From the NCBI RefSeq assembly GCF_009914755.1, contig NC_060942.1: a DNA stretch of 64,000 bases. The stretch is one strand, 5' to 3'. The number at the start of each line of letters is the position of its first letter. Position 1 is the first letter of the stretch. Shown here piece by piece: positions 14,596 to 29,659 of this stretch. The notes under the pieces were generated by a model. That model saw nothing but the letters and a program-made list of their open reading frames with translations. It was not told the DNA's origin and made no database searches. A program made the translations under genes and the position numbers. The stretch is from the human T2T-CHM13v2.0 reference genome, Homo sapiens.

Positions 14596-15075
14596 GGTAT
14601 TCGTTTCCTATTGCTGCTGTAACAAATCACCCCCAAGTTAATAGCTGAAAACAACACGTTTATCATCTTAGTGTTCTGGAGGTCGAAGTCTAAAATGGGT
14701 CTTGCTGAGCTAAAAGCAAGGTGTGGGCAGGGCTGCATTCCTTCTGGAGGCTCCAGGGGATAATCTGTTTCCGGCTTTATGAGTTTCCAGGTACCTCCTC
14801 CCACGTTCCTTCCACGTGGCCCCTCCCTCCATCTTTAAAGTACAACACGGCAACCACTGTTTCTGTTATCACACTTCCCTCTTCCGATTTTGACTTTGTT
14901 GCCTCCCACTGATAAGGATTTTGGTGATTACACTGAGCCCACCAGGATAGTCTCCCTGATCTCAAGATCCTTAACTTAATCACGTTTGCAAAGTCCCCTT
15001 TTCCACGGAGGGTAACATATTCGCAGGTCTGGGGATTAGGACACGCACATCAGAATGTTATTCTGCCTACCACAC
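14596..15075 (-). mobile_element. MLT1 (C/D-like) MaLR solo LTR
   Basis: tttcctattgctgctgtaacaaatcacc...ggggattaggac...attctgcctaccaca. Confidence 0.85.
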
Positions 15076-15294
15076 ATATATAGTGGGTCCCATGTCTCCC
15101 CTCCTTTGCCCTATTGCATGGCTTGTATAAGATTCTCATCTGTCCATCCAAATCACAGATTTGAGGGCTTCTACCAGAACATGAAGCTGGGCAACATTTC
15201 TTTGTACAAACTTGTACATAGCTGTCACTTGAAATGCCAAAAACACGGTTGTAATATTTCAACAAGCTAACATACGGGTACTTCTTACTTTGGG

Positions 15295-15630
15295 GTTTTT
15301 TTTAAACTTATTTTATTAACTGCCAAATAATTATTGCACATACTCATGGGATACATAGGGATGTTTTCATACATGTAATGTACAGTGATCAGATCAGGGT
15401 AATTAGCATATCCAACATCCCAAAGATTTATCATTTCTTCATGTTGGAAGCAGCAATATTCTCCTTCTAGCCATTTGACTATAGTCACCCTATAGTGGTA
15501 TAGTGGTAACTATAGTGCTGTAGTTAACGATAGTCATCCTACAGTGGTACAGAACACTAGAACTTACTCTTCTCCTCTACCCATAATTGTGTATCCTGAT
15601 CTCTCCCTTCCCCTGCCCTTCCCAGACTCT
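15295..15630 (-). mobile_element. L1MA-type 3' end fragment
   Basis: T-rich tail followed by aatgtacagtgatcagatcagggtaattagcatatcc...agaacactagaacttactct. Confidence 0.75.
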
Positions 15631-15947
15631 ATTTTTAATTGTTTGGCTAAGGTGGATGGTGACATTGGAGCTGAAAACAACCATTAATCCTCCTTAATAA
15701 AAATTAATTTGATCCTTGAATTTTTTTCTGCTTTGAATGTTGAAAAGTTGACATAACATTTAAATCTTCAGGGTAACCAAGGACAGTAGTATAAATCATG
15801 TCCTTTCACTCAAACTAATAGTTTTTTGCCTAAAAGCAAACTGTAATAAGCAGATGAAATAAATATTTTGAGCAGAGTCATTTCCTGTTGGGTAAAAAAT
15901 GAATACTTTACCTTGACATTAAGTATATACACTTGTTAATATTCTGT

Positions 15948-16138
15948 TTATTATTTGAAACCTTCCGTTATAATATTATTCCTTATTATTTATTCTTCAT
16001 TATTATTTTTCCTTATTATTTATTTCCTTATTATTATTTATACCCTTATTATTATTTCCTTATTATTATTTCCTTATTATTTATTTCATTATTATTTATA
16101 TCCTTATTATTATTTATTTCCTTATTTCCTTATTATTT
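15948..16138. repeat. Degenerate AT-rich tandem repeat (units like ttattatttcc, tta, ttta)
   Basis: Repeated ccttattattt motifs; this is the source of the low-complexity Y/F/L/I ORFs at 15933 and 15955. Confidence 0.9.
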
Positions 16139-18231
16139 GAAATCATCCTATAATGGAAATCATCACATACAAAGTATTGTATGGGTATTTAGGAGTGAGT
16201 TTATTTCTTTGAAATATTTGTTTCCCTAAGTTAGAGTGACTTAGAAAAATTAGCACAAACCATGCAATATCAAGGATGTAAAACTGACTTGTATCTGAAC
16301 AGATGGGAATTTTTGTTAAAGAGTATTCTTACAAGCTGGTATGGCTTTTAAAATGGCCTCCACATGTCCGGAGGATTTGTCTCATTTTAAGCCAGCAGTG
16401 TTGCTCCATCTGAATGCTGGAGACATGAGCCCAGTTCACAGTTAGCAATCTTCTTCGCACATTACACACATGCCAGGTGACATTCGCACACCTGACTCAC
16501 CTTCATAGGATACCTACATCGTAGTGAAACTCGAGATAATGTGGGAGGGGGAGGAGTAAAGCAGTGGAGTGATTTATAATCACTACAGTTATTAACTCCA
16601 GAGTCACTTGTTTTTGATGGAAATATTACAGGCTCCATATTATATGCAATTTCAGAGTGCCAATTGCAACCCTGTTCCTTTTTCTCCTTGTTAAGAAATC
16701 ATATTGGCATGCAAGTGAGCAAGAATGAAGAACTACAAGAATAACCTCAAATGTTGAATTTGATTTAATTTACTTTAAAAATAATTGCAACTATATTTAT
16801 ACATATATTGTACAGATATGTGTACAAATATTTAATAATTATACACATCAATACTTTATTTTTAGATACAAATAATAAGAACAGGACAGTTGATATAAAG
16901 CAGAAATGGGGAGGTCTGGGCTGTCTTCCAAGATCTTTTGTTTTCAACTTGACATTGTCTCTTTTTACATCTGCTGTGAACAAAATGGTGAAGCAGATAA
17001 AATATACCTTCGATGTCTCCCACGTCTTATATTTGGGGTTCCCTGCAAGCCCTTGGCACCCGCGGGCCTGGCTCCCAGCTCCCAGGGCCTGTGCAGTGCT
17101 GTCCTGCGGCATTGTCCCATGCTCCTCAGCTTCTCTTTCCCCAGGAAAATTTACTTCTCCAGTGTTTTGTGTCCTAGGACCCTGTTCTCTGTGCTGTGAA
17201 TATGATTACTCTTGGGTAAATGTGCTGTTTCTCTTTGGGTCACATATTGCATTTCAGCAGGCACCTCCCAGAGTTTGCCTTAACCAGAGGAGTTTACAGT
17301 AGGCAGCTGATATCTTTGGGTGGGTGTAGCCTGAAATTGCACTCTATGCTATTAATCCTTTCAGTAGAGTTGGGTTTGCCCCTTCCATATTATGTCTTTA
17401 ATTGCAGAATGGTGCTATCTGGACCCTGAGAAAAGTTTTGCTTTTAACTGAATACCCATGTACACAGGATCTGATAGAATACACCTGAGTTCCTTACTTC
17501 TGCTCAAGATACACTTATAACCCAAACAGAGCACCTGGAGTGGTTTCTCTACCTTATTCAGCTTATTCTAGCAGCTTCTTAAACTTCTTTCTTAATTGTG
17601 TGGGCCAATTACTCAGTCACCGTCTCCCTATCCTTCAAGGAGCCTCCCACTTCTATAGAGTCTCTCTCTCTCTCCATCGTCCACTACCATGAGCCTCTTG
17701 GTCCTTAGAAACCTCTAATTCTCCCTCCCCCTGAGATTCTTTCCTTCTCTTTGATCTTCAGAATGGGGATGTCAGTCATTTCCTTCCAACTAATTTTGTT
17801 TTTTTCTTTTTTCCCAGATGAATCTGAATAAGACTTTGACTTATGAAAACAGGAGGAAATGGAAAAGCAATCCTATTAGGGTCAAATATCTTCAAGACGA
17901 CACACTCGTACATTGCCAAGAAAGACTCAGCATAATTCCCTTGTGTTTTTACACTACAAAAGGTCCCTATCTCCTTTCTGTAGCTGGAGTTGCTTAAATT
18001 TGATATGCACATAACTTCAGAAGGGGGTAGACAGAGCCCATGCCTCCTGCAAGGAGTGAGAAATAGACCTAAACGATCACAGTTCATTCATTGATTTTGC
18101 AAATATTATTGATCATTTACTTTATGTCAAGCACTGGGGATAAAGTAAAGCAGTGGGATCTAGTTCCCTACCCTCCTGGAGCTTCTGATCCAGATTCCTA
18201 GAGCTGAAACAGGCTTTGAAGACCTCTCAAT

Positions 18232-18560
18232 TTGTGGTTTCCAAATTATCTACCAAAGGTCATTAATATTCTACGCAATATTAATTGGTATTTCTTGGAG
18301 TAGGATGACGTGAGGAATTGTGTTCCATGGTCAAATTAAGTTCAAAGTGTTAGGTTAAACAAAGTTATATTAGTTTCTTCATGCCAGGCTACTCAGAGCC
18401 TTTCTATGTTAACACACATTGTGACTCTCTGACGGTGAGGGGGAGAGGATGAGATGCAATATGATCATTTGCTTTCCCCACTTATTTCAACACAAATCTT
18501 TTCTGAAGAGTACCCATTAATAAAAACTGTTGGCAGAACATACTTCTGTTAATGCTTCCA
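18232..18560. mobile_element. Old hAT-Charlie MITE (MER103/MER112-like)
   Basis: gttccatggtcaaattaagtt...ggttaaacaaagtta...ctcagagcctt...cattgtgactctc motifs recalled from this group. Confidence 0.45.
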
Positions 18561-19416
18561 AAGCCAAAACCTAAATCCACGTTTCCTTCAGCACATGAGG
18601 AAGCTGCAGTGACCTAGAATGGTGAGGGGCAGAACTGAGGCAAGAACCTGGATCTCATTATTATTTTCTTGATCTTTTACCCATTCCATTCTGCCTGTTT
18701 CTACTCTCTTTCTCATCCCCTGGAAAGACATATAAAAGCAGTGTTTCTTCCTTCTTTATTTACCTCCTTCTTAGATCATGGTAATGGTGATTGTCTTCTC
18801 ACCTATTTACTGGGTTTCTTTCTCTGCTGTCTATAGCTTTGGGTCATAAGCTCTTAAAAGTCAAAGACCAGCTTTTACACAATAAACTCATGAACGATTA
18901 GTGATCAGTAAATGCTTGTAGCCAAAAAGCAATGGTTGACAGCTTCCTATGCACCTCTCCCCGCAGCCTCCCACACACCTTCCTCCTGTAGATTCTCTCT
19001 CCTTGTGCCAACCGAGAACTATGGAGGCCTCTTTTCTCCTATAACAATATCACCACTGAAATAGGTTATGCCTTCTAAACTGCTTTAAAAGTTTCACTAA
19101 TAAGTTTTAAAACTGATTTTGCCTATTACACAAGAGATTGCTTAATTATTAATACAATTCACTCGTGATTAACTAAGAATACACAGACTATTCATCCTGT
19201 CATACAGGCCAGGTTGTAGATGAGAGTTTTTGTGAGTGTGAGAGAATTTGGACTTATGCATGTATGCGTTTAATTTAAAAATCTACTTAGCTACGAATCA
19301 GGACATATGGACGTGATTTTAGACTTTGGAAACTTGAGGGGGAAGAAACAATCTCTGCTATCTCGACATTAAGAGGTGTGTATCTCTGTCCCTAATAAGC
19401 AAGGAGGGGCTGCTAT

Positions 19417-19432
19417 ACTGCCACCTTGTGGT
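19417..19432 (-). promoter_or_regulatory. Candidate CTCF binding site
   Basis: Minus strand reads CCACAAGGTGGCAG, one mismatch to the CCASYAGRKGGCRS core, in apparently unique DNA. Confidence 0.55.
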
Positions 19433-19726
19433 AAATATGCACAAAGCCAGTAAATAAACACAACCAACCTTCTCCTTAGTGTGTTATTACATAATGCCCA
19501 AAAGAGGAAAATACTTTTATTAAAACATTATTCAGGAAAATGAACTATTTTAGCATGTGGATAATTAAATATATATTACAACATGTCCTATGTGACAGAA
19601 TGAATATTCTGTATATTCTCCCTAGTATTTAATCATGTGTGAATCACATGTATTAACAATTTTTATATTTTATGAAAGTTTATCGATAAATACATACATA
19701 TATGGAGAGAGAGAGAAAAAAAATCT

Positions 19727-20321
19727 CTTACCTGAAATGCTTGGGATCAGAAGTGTTTCAGATTTTGAATTTTTCAAATTTGGGGATATTCAAATACAGA
19801 TAATGAGACATTTTGGAGCTGGGACCCAAGCCTAAAACACAAAATTAATTTAAGTCTTATATACACCTTATAAACATAGCCTGAAGGTAAGATTATACAA
19901 TATTATTAATAATTTTATGCACAAAACAAAGTTCATGTTCACTGAACCATCAGAAAGCAAAGGTGCCCTGTCTCAGCCACGCATGTGGACGGTCTGTGGT
20001 GGTTTGGCATCACTGTCATTCCTGACTGAACTGATACGCTACCAAGAATCATTGTTGACATGTGTACAAACAGAAGTATTTCACAGTAAAAAAAAATGAC
20101 ATACCAGTCATACAGTGAAAAAATATTACGTTAAGGGTAAGGAAGCACAGTAGCATCGCCAGAACAGCTGGGGGTGCTGAGGAAACTGCCATGAGCCTGT
20201 GTTTTGAGTGTGACCCACCACATGAGGTCAGATGTGGAATTTTCCACATGTGGCATCCTGCTGGTGTTTAAAAAGTTTCAAATTTTGGAGCATTTCAGAT
20301 TTTCAGATTAGGGATGTTCAA
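19727..20321. mobile_element. Tigger4/MER46-family Tc1-mariner DNA transposon derivative
   Basis: ctgaaatgcttgggatcagaagtgtttcagatttt at the left end and ttttggagcatttcagattttcagattagggatgttcaa at the right end. Confidence 0.8.
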
Positions 20322-20928
20322 AGAATATATACATATATAATTTTGGCTCTTAAATCAGATTTTGCCTTCATAAGCAAATCAGCAAACACAGTCACCACTA
20401 AGCACTCACTTCATGTGTGACTCACACTGTGAAGGGATTTCAAGTCTTTTGACAGACCAAGACAGGAAGCACATCTCAATACACTATGAAGCAAGCTTTG
20501 GTGGGTTAGATTAGGAGATGTTTTCTCAGAAAGTGACTACTTCTGGGATCTCTGTTCATCACCTGTTGAGGGGTCAATCCCGAGGGGTTGAGATGCTCTG
20601 GCAAGAAGGGACAACTAAGGACATCCCCTCACTTCTTGACAGTCAGCCCCTTTCCCACAGGGTAAGGGATTCAACCAGGACCAGGTAAAAATAATATTCA
20701 TTCACTCATTCTTTCATCAGACAATAATTATTACATCTACCATGTGTCAGGCACCTGCTAAATGGTGGAAATATAATAGTGAGCAAAATCAAACACAGTC
20801 TCTGCTCTCATGGATTTTACAGAGTACTGATTAGACTTGACCGAGGACAATGGCTGAAGACCAACAGAAAGTGATCATTTTACATGTGTGGTCACTTACA
20901 CATTCCAACCTGCCCCTGAAAGAACTTG

Positions 20929-21505
20929 TCTCAAAAGAGCTAAAAACAGAACTACCATTGGGCCCAGCCATCCCTTTACTGAGTATATACCCAAAGGAAT
21001 ATAAATCACTCTATCATAAAGACACATGCACACATATGTTCATTGCAGCACTATTCACAAGAGCAAAGACACGGAATCAACCTAAATGCCCATCGATGGT
21101 AGACTTGATAAAGAAGATATGGTACATATACACCATGGAGTACTATGCAGCCATAAAAAAGAACGAGATCATGTCCTTTACAGGAACATGGGTGGAGCTG
21201 GAGGCCATCATCCTTAGCAAACTGGTGCAGGAACAGAAAACCAAATACCACATGTTCTCACCTATAAGTGGGAGTTAATGATGAGAACACATGGACACAG
21301 AGAGGAACAACACACACTGGGGCCTACTTGAGGGTGGAGGGTGGGAAACAGTAGAGGATCAGGAAAAATAACTATTGAGTACTAAGTTTAGTACCTAGAT
21401 GATGAAATAATCTGTACAAAAAACCCTCATTACACAAGTTTACCTATATAACAAACCTGCACATGTACCCTTGAACCTAAAATAAAAGTTAAAAAAAAAA
21501 AAAAA
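20929..21505 (+). mobile_element. Older L1PA (about L1PA11-13) 3' end
   Basis: ORF2 C-terminus ([14 protein letters not shown]...[10 protein letters not shown]), 3' UTR, aataaa and poly(A). Confidence 0.9.
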
Positions 21506-22025
21506 GAAATGGAGAGAAAGGAATCTCCATGTTAAAGCCCACTGAAAGATCATAGTTGTGGATGTAGCCCACTCCATAGGTGTGCTTAGTATGAGTCTAG
21601 CACTGTGCTGGAAGATACTGATAACTTAAAACCCAGCCAACGCTTTAGAGTAGCTGAACTGTCATTACAGCACAAGACACACGTGAAAAGTTAATTAACC
21701 TGGAAGATCATAAAGCAGTATAAAATACAATGCTAAATGAATGAATGGTACAGGCAGTACAGAACTGAGCAGAGAAAGCTCCATGAAGGAGACAGCAATT
21801 CCTTAAAGCTGTGGAGCTGAACCTTAAAGATGAGCAGGAACTGGGTAGGTGAAGAGACAGAAGAGGGGTGATGGGAAAACATCCTAGGTGACAGAAATAG
21901 CAGAGAAAATAGGGATGAGATGCACTTGGAAATGTACATTGAGGAGCATGAGAAGGAGTTTGAGATTCCTTGGGCCTACTAAGAAGTCTATTTTTCTGAG
22001 TATAAATAGAAATTTACTATGTTCA

Positions 22026-22338
22026 GGCCAGGCACGGTGGCTCATGCCTGTAATTCTAGCACTTTGGGAGGCCGAGGCAGGTGGATCACTTGAGGCCAGG
22101 AGTTAAAGACCAGCCTGGCCAACATGGTGAAACCCTGTCTCTACTAAAAATACAAAAATTAGCTGGGTGTGGTGGCACGTGCCTGTAGTTCCAGCTACTC
22201 AGGAAGTTGAAGCACAAAAATCGCTTGAACCCAGGTAGCGGAGGCTGCAGTGAGCCAAGATCACACCACTGCACTCCAGCCTGGGCAACAGAGTGAGACT
22301 CTGTCTCCAAAAAAAGAATTAAGAAAAAAAGAAAGAAA
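22026..22338 (+). mobile_element. AluS-type SINE
   Basis: Full dimer; TSD gaaatttactatgttca / gaaatgtaccatgttca. Confidence 0.95.
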
Positions 22339-22890
22339 GAAATGTACCATGTTCAAAGAGTGAGCTCTGCTCTTAGAGTTTCTCCTATCTTCCCTTCTAG
22401 CCTTATTGGCAGAGCTAACCAGCCGGGTGGACAGAAATGTGTCACCAAATAATAGGGTCACTGGGCTGAACCAGATGTGGGTGGAAGAAATAAAGACCTA
22501 TTCCCATCAAGTCTCCTAGCTCCTCTTCCCTGCCAGGATTTCCTGTCCTGACCTTAGGGCAGAGCCTGCATCTTCCCTTCAGGAAGCAGGGTCTGGAATA
22601 TTTGTCATATCAGAAAGGAGATGAGAGGTTCTGTGAGAGGTGTTCAGAATAGAAAATGCAGGTTTACAGCTCAGCAGAGGCCTGAACAGTAAGGTAGAGA
22701 GTGGAAAAAAGAGAGCTGTGGGGGGCCCAGGGCAGTCACATGGCAGAGGCACCTGGAAAATAACTGCCCAGCATCACCCACCTCCCTCATCCTCCATGAG
22801 TATCTCCTGAGCTCCCATCACCTCACTGCTAGGTAACCTCCACTCAACTAACTTCCCTATGCTCTTTCCTTATTACATGAATCACATTAG

Positions 22891-23237
<347 letters not shown>

Positions 23238-23329
23238 AATATTTACTTTTTGAGAATTAAAATGCACAAGTGTATTTAATACCCTGTGAATCTTTACTCT
23301 TCACATAAAATCGGTTATAGCTTTCTAGC

Positions 23330-23535
23330 ATAGGATAGGGTCCAAATCCAACCTACCACCTATGTTTGTAAATAGAGCTTTATTGGAACACAGCCATGCC
23401 CCCATTTTAATGTATTGTATGAATAACTGCATGCTACAATAGCAGAGCAGACTGGTGGTGATAAGGACCGTGTAGCCCACAAAGCCTAAAACACTTAAAA
23501 TCTGGGCCTTTACATCAGAAACTATTGAATCTGAC
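23330..23535. mobile_element. MER58A-like hAT-Charlie MITE
   Basis: tttgtaaata...tttattggaacacagccatgccc...gcccacaaagcctaaaa...ggcctttaca. Confidence 0.75.
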
Positions 23536-23754
23536 ATAAAATATACAGTATGTAGTTAATGATGACAACACTTGGGTTCAAACTTACTGGGCAAGGTGAT
23601 GTAATCTCTCTAAGTCTCAGTTGTCTCACTTCCGAAATGGGAACAATAATGCCTGCTTTGTCTACCTCATGACACTGCAGTGAGGAGCAAATGAAATAAC
23701 ACGTCAGTGTCTATACAAGACGAATGCAGAACACAAGTGCTCCAGAGTCCCTAA

Positions 23755-24294
<540 letters not shown>

Positions 24295-25339
24295 TAAGAA
24301 AGGTTTAGAATAGAGAAAGCCACGTGCAGATATCAAAAGAACACTGTGGCTAGACCCAAGAGTGAGTCAAAGGTATGCTCTGATGTTTGAAGTAAAATGA
24401 GAAGACTTTGAAGACAGTGGCCAGAAGTTTACATTTGATGCAATGAATGTGGGAAGTCCCTGGAAGACTGGATGGTAAGGCTAAAGTAGCAGGTGCAAAA
24501 AAAGGATCAGAGGACTCCAAGGGGCTGACGTTCTGTATAGGGCTTCCACCCAGGTTCCATTTGACACTGGGGCCCAGCCTAAAAGTTACCTTTCACAGCC
24601 TCCCACCCCTGACCCTTGGGTTTTCTCGATGATAGAGAGCCTGGCTCTGGGCCTGACAGTGAGCTGTAGCCTCCAACTGAAAGGAAGCTCAGCAAGAATG
24701 ACCTTGTTAGACTCATTTTGCAGAGCACCGTGGATGTCAGTGAGCATCTCTTGGAGATTTATGGCCCTGAACCTAGTCTCCTGTTACTTGGTGATTCTGC
24801 TGAATTTTCCATTGAGCAATAAGGGCAGGATAACAGCAGAGCTGCTCAAGGTTAGCAGCCTTCTGAAGTCCACCCAGCTCCACAAAACTTCTTCCTAATG
24901 ATATACAGAAGAGATTTATTGGGATGTTTTTGCAGGCCAGGAAATTGCTACATGATTTTGTCATTGACAAAGGAGCAAACATCACTGCCCACTTTCTGTT
25001 GGACTTTCTCCACTTTGCTAGTTCTTCAACTGGAAATGATGAAAATAGGCTGATTCCTCGTTTAGTTACCAGGTGGGAGGGCTACCCAAACAATATTCCA
25101 ATTTCATTGTTTTCATTTCAGGGATTATTGATGGCAACTTTAGGGCATACCTTATATTTGAACTTCCACTTGGTTTCCTGTTCTTGTGGGATTCATTTGA
25201 ATTGCTGCTAAGTTGGGCATTCAAACATTTCTCTTATGTTGGTTCTAAACTAGTGAGGGAAAACCACGATGTCAGAAGTAATTTTATTTCCACTGTCTTT
25301 TCAGATGTGTCAGGGCTCTTGATCAAAACTGATTTTCCA

Positions 25340-25385
25340 AAGGAGCAGAAAACCAAACACTGCATATTCTCACTATACGTGGGAC
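25340..25385 (+). mobile_element. Tiny L1 ORF2-end fragment
   Basis: aggagcagaaaaccaaacactgcatattctcactatacgtggga matches the EQKTKHxxFSL end of ORF2. Confidence 0.65.
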
Positions 25386-27569
25386 CAGTAGGACCAGTAA
25401 TATAGGGCAGTTAAGACCAGTAAACAAGGAGGAAAGGTCATCAAAGATGATTTTCTTTTGAAATGGGAGATTAGGAGAATAGTGGGGTAACTACTGATAG
25501 CAGATTGAGACATTAGAAAGACGTGCCATTTTCAGTGTTTCTTGGTTTTTTTTCTTTTTTATAAAGCCATTTATCTTAAGTGCCTTTTGAAAATATTAAT
25601 CCTATATTTCAGTTGCATTCAATGCAGTGTTTTGGCACCCATTAAAGCCATGGGTATAGGGAGAAGTGCAAGCGCTCCCAAGTTTGTGAGAGAGTTCTGG
25701 GTCTTTGGAGGGAGGGATTCAGCCTGGGAATTCCTAGATTCCTGCAAGCACCTCTGAGTCACTAATTCTTTAAATCACATGTTCCGTCAGCTAAAATAAA
25801 TTAATAAATAAATAACAATAAGTTACTCTAAGAATTAGAAGGGATGTAGCCTCAGAAAGCCCTTTGGAAGCTCTAAAGTGTAAAAGATATCCCTCATTCC
25901 TTCTCATTCCAAAGGAAGTCAAATAGAAAGTAAAACTAGAATATCTTATATCTTACATAGAAAGGTGAAACGACATTCTCTCTAACAGCTCTCAGTTGGT
26001 AATGGAACCAAATGATCAATACCAGGCCACAGGCTCCTCGTCCCTCACCAGGAAAGGAGTTCTGTCTGGCCGGAGATTGCCTCCCTGTGTCCTCAGGCCC
26101 ACCTCGGTTTCTGCACAGGCTCCCCGCTCCCACCTCCCCACCCCCGCTGCCATTCCCTGCGGGGTGAGCTGTCTGCAAAGCTCCACTCCCTTCCCTTTCC
26201 CAAGTCACAGTTACAGGAATTATTGCAAGACTAGTTCTCTCATATTATATTTCATTCAGCAGCAGAAGAGCCACTCAAGGGTTTTGGCTTCTGGAACAAG
26301 AATGAAAAGATCTACAAAATACTAAGTTCCTTGAATAGAATCTTTTAAGGCGATTTGGTGAAAAGTGTCAGATTGGCAGCCACAAAGTCTGAGTTTCTGT
26401 TTATTTATCTAGCAGGTAATGATTCACAAAGCCATACAAATATCTCACCAGCCTACAAGTCCATTTCAGACAGATGACTAGGATAATGTAAATTCCATGT
26501 AAAAAGGTAGCTCCTTGCTCATTCTCATGTGTAATCTTCACGAGTGAAGTGCCTTCTAAGCATTTTCACACGAATTCTGTCACTTAGAATTTCTTGCAAA
26601 TATCTAAAACTAGAGTGTTGATGATGGTATATAAACACACCACTTCACCTGCTTTAGCTAAAGGTGTCTTTTTTTAATTGATAGGCCATTTTTAGCAATT
26701 TTAGATTTATTTTAAACATTGAGTTATTTGTGTCTTTTTTAGAGCCATTTTTCTTCTTAAAAGCTACGCTATGTTTTGCTGAGATGAAAATACATATAAC
26801 TTGTTTTCCAAAATGGGAAGAATTGTTCGAGAGGGTGAGCATGGACCCTGCAACCAGATCCTAAGCCCACCCTTATCAGCTCTGCGGTGTTTGGTACGTG
26901 AATTCCTTATTACCTCTGAGTCTCGGCTTTCCCATCTCTAAAATAGGAATAACAATAATAAACAACATAATACAAAGGATTATAAGAATTAAATGAAATG
27001 GCAAAGGTAAGTACCTAACACAGTACAGAATACAAAGTAGATGCTTAAGAATGATATGTTATATTCCAAATTCACATTGTATGTTAGAGGACTAAAAATT
27101 ACTGTATCAAAGTATAAATCTAATCTGGGATTCTGATCTTTTTGTATGAGTTTGTTCTGCCTGAGGTCTTGTGCTTTAAACTAAAGAAAAGGTTCTTGTG
27201 ATCTGCACAGAAGCAGGGAATTGGAGACATCTGGTTCCATGCAGTCTTGTTAACTGAGCTTTTTGATCTGCTCTGAAGAGGTAGAATTAGAGGGAAAAGT
27301 CAAAAGAAAATTGAGAAACAGCCTCTGGATGAGGGCAGGGCTCCCCCTGGTAGGGAGGAATGGTGAACAAAACAGCAGAGCCCTGGAGGGAGCCAGGCTG
27401 AGCATAGCAGGTGCCCAAAGAAGACCACCACCAAGGCCCACAGGGCCTTCCCAGGTGCCACTGATGCAGTCTGGTAAAATGCAAGCATCCCTGGTAACTG
27501 CCAGAAATGCATAGGGGAACTGTGCATTACTGCCCAGCATGATGAAGTGTAAAAAATTATGGGCAGTGG

Positions 27570-27873
27570 GGTTGGATGTGGTGGCTCACACCTGTAACCC
27601 CAGCAGTTTGGGAGGCCGAGGTGGATGGATCAACTGAGGTCAGGAGTTCGAGACCAGCCTGACCAACATGGTGAAACCCTGTCTCCACTAAAAAAAAAAA
27701 AAAAAAAAAAATTAGCCAGGCATGGTGGCACGCACCTATAATCCCAGCTACTCAGGAGGCTGAGGCATGAGAATCACTTGAATCTGGGAGGCAGAGGTTG
27801 CAGTGAGCTGAGATCGCACCATTGCACTCAAGTCCGGGTGACACAGTAAGACTCCATCTCAAAAAAAAAAAAA
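27570..27873 (+). mobile_element. AluS-type SINE with expanded middle A-tract
   Basis: Alu dimer whose linker is a pure run of about 22 A; imperfect TSD tatgggcagt / tatgagcagt. Confidence 0.93.
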
Positions 27874-29335
27874 TATGAGCAGTTGAGTCCAGGTTTGAAT
27901 GCTATGAGACCTCATCTGTACTTTTATAGGCTATGAAACCTGAGGACACTCAGACTGTGTCCTCACTCAAGTCATAGACAGTGACTACAAATCAGTCAAC
28001 CCAGTCTGAGAGCTTTTTTCCACCGCTCATGGAAGAAAAAGAGTAATAACTTTGGGGCTGTACATGTGAGTATACATTTGAGGGGAAAGGGAGGATGGCA
28101 GGCTAAGAAAACAGAAAAGAAACAGAAAACAAAAAGAGCAAAGATGTATTTGCTAACCAAGAAGACATTTCCAAATATTTCTCTCATGCCCCTTCCAGAA
28201 AGATTTCAAGGCCAGGAAAATAAAAATACCTGTTTGATGCCAACTGATTAAACCTCCAGGGAAAACCAGAAAATGTCTTAATTTTCTTATTCAAGAACTC
28301 CTTTTATAATCAAACAGAAGAGGAGAAAGCTTTAAGTAGGTGCCCGAGTCACAAGATAAATGAAATGTTTGACATGTTGCTTAGTTCTACAAAGAGAAAA
28401 TTCCAAATGATTTATAATGCAATTTTTTTCCGATTTCCAGTATGAAGGAGTCTTGAAATCTCATAAACAGAATATAAGGGAAACCACTTTTTTTTTTTAA
28501 CATGGTAAAGTAAAGGCTTCCCCAGACACTAATTAACACAATTGTGTATCTGTGACTTCAGACTTAAAAAGGCAATGGCTTAACTCCAAAGGTCAACTAT
28601 TTTTGGATCCTCCAGTCTCTCCCTGTGAATAACACTTTGTTGAACCAAACACAACTCTCTGAGAGTGATGTGAGTCTCCCACCTCCCTGCTAAGACAAGC
28701 ATTTCAGTGGTGAACTTCCCTGTGTTTCTTTCTGAGAAGGCAGATCCTAACATATTCTCTAAAGATGGTACCCCTAGTCCCTTAGAACTTCTCCCAAATT
28801 ATCACACATCATTAGATAAAAGAGCTGTATATGTCCAGTTTCTCACAAAGAAACCAATAGTAAGCTAAAAGTTGGGGTACAAACGCTTTTAAGAGAAAGA
28901 CTTGATGGTCTTTGAAACTGACCGTTTTCCATGTTCGTTTCTTATGTTAGGCCTTAGAACCAGGCACATTAAAAACTTTTTCAATCTATCTTGAAGTGAT
29001 TTAATTGTACCAAGTGACTTTTTTGTACCAAGTGACATGAAAAAGAAATAACAGCCATCTCCTCAGGGAAAGAGTGAAGGGGGCGTGCGAGGCAGGGGGC
29101 AAGCCATACTTTTAAATACAAATTTTCATCTTTACCCCTTGCTTCAAGTTGAAGAACTTGTCTAACTTGACTCAAGGCTAGAAATGGTTTGGCAAGATCA
29201 ATTCATCAGTGTAAACAGCTCCCTTAAACTCTGAAAGTAGTTTTTGTTGAAATTAAGCTTAGAGTTGCATCTTAAAGAATTGTTAGATATTGTATGGTTT
29301 GTTTCATGCTTTTTCCTATTTATATGTGGGGGAAA

Positions 29336-29659
<324 letters not shown>

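Noticed and set aside
15933-16229. Hydrophobic 98-aa and 61-aa ORFs as membrane microproteins
   Set aside because: Translation of a TTA-rich tandem repeat.
16765-17429. Cluster of overlapping ORFs and a minus-strand AATAAA near 16855 as a terminal exon
   Set aside because: No recognisable protein or convincing splice structure, and AATAAA is expected by chance in AT-rich DNA. A non-coding transcript cannot be excluded.
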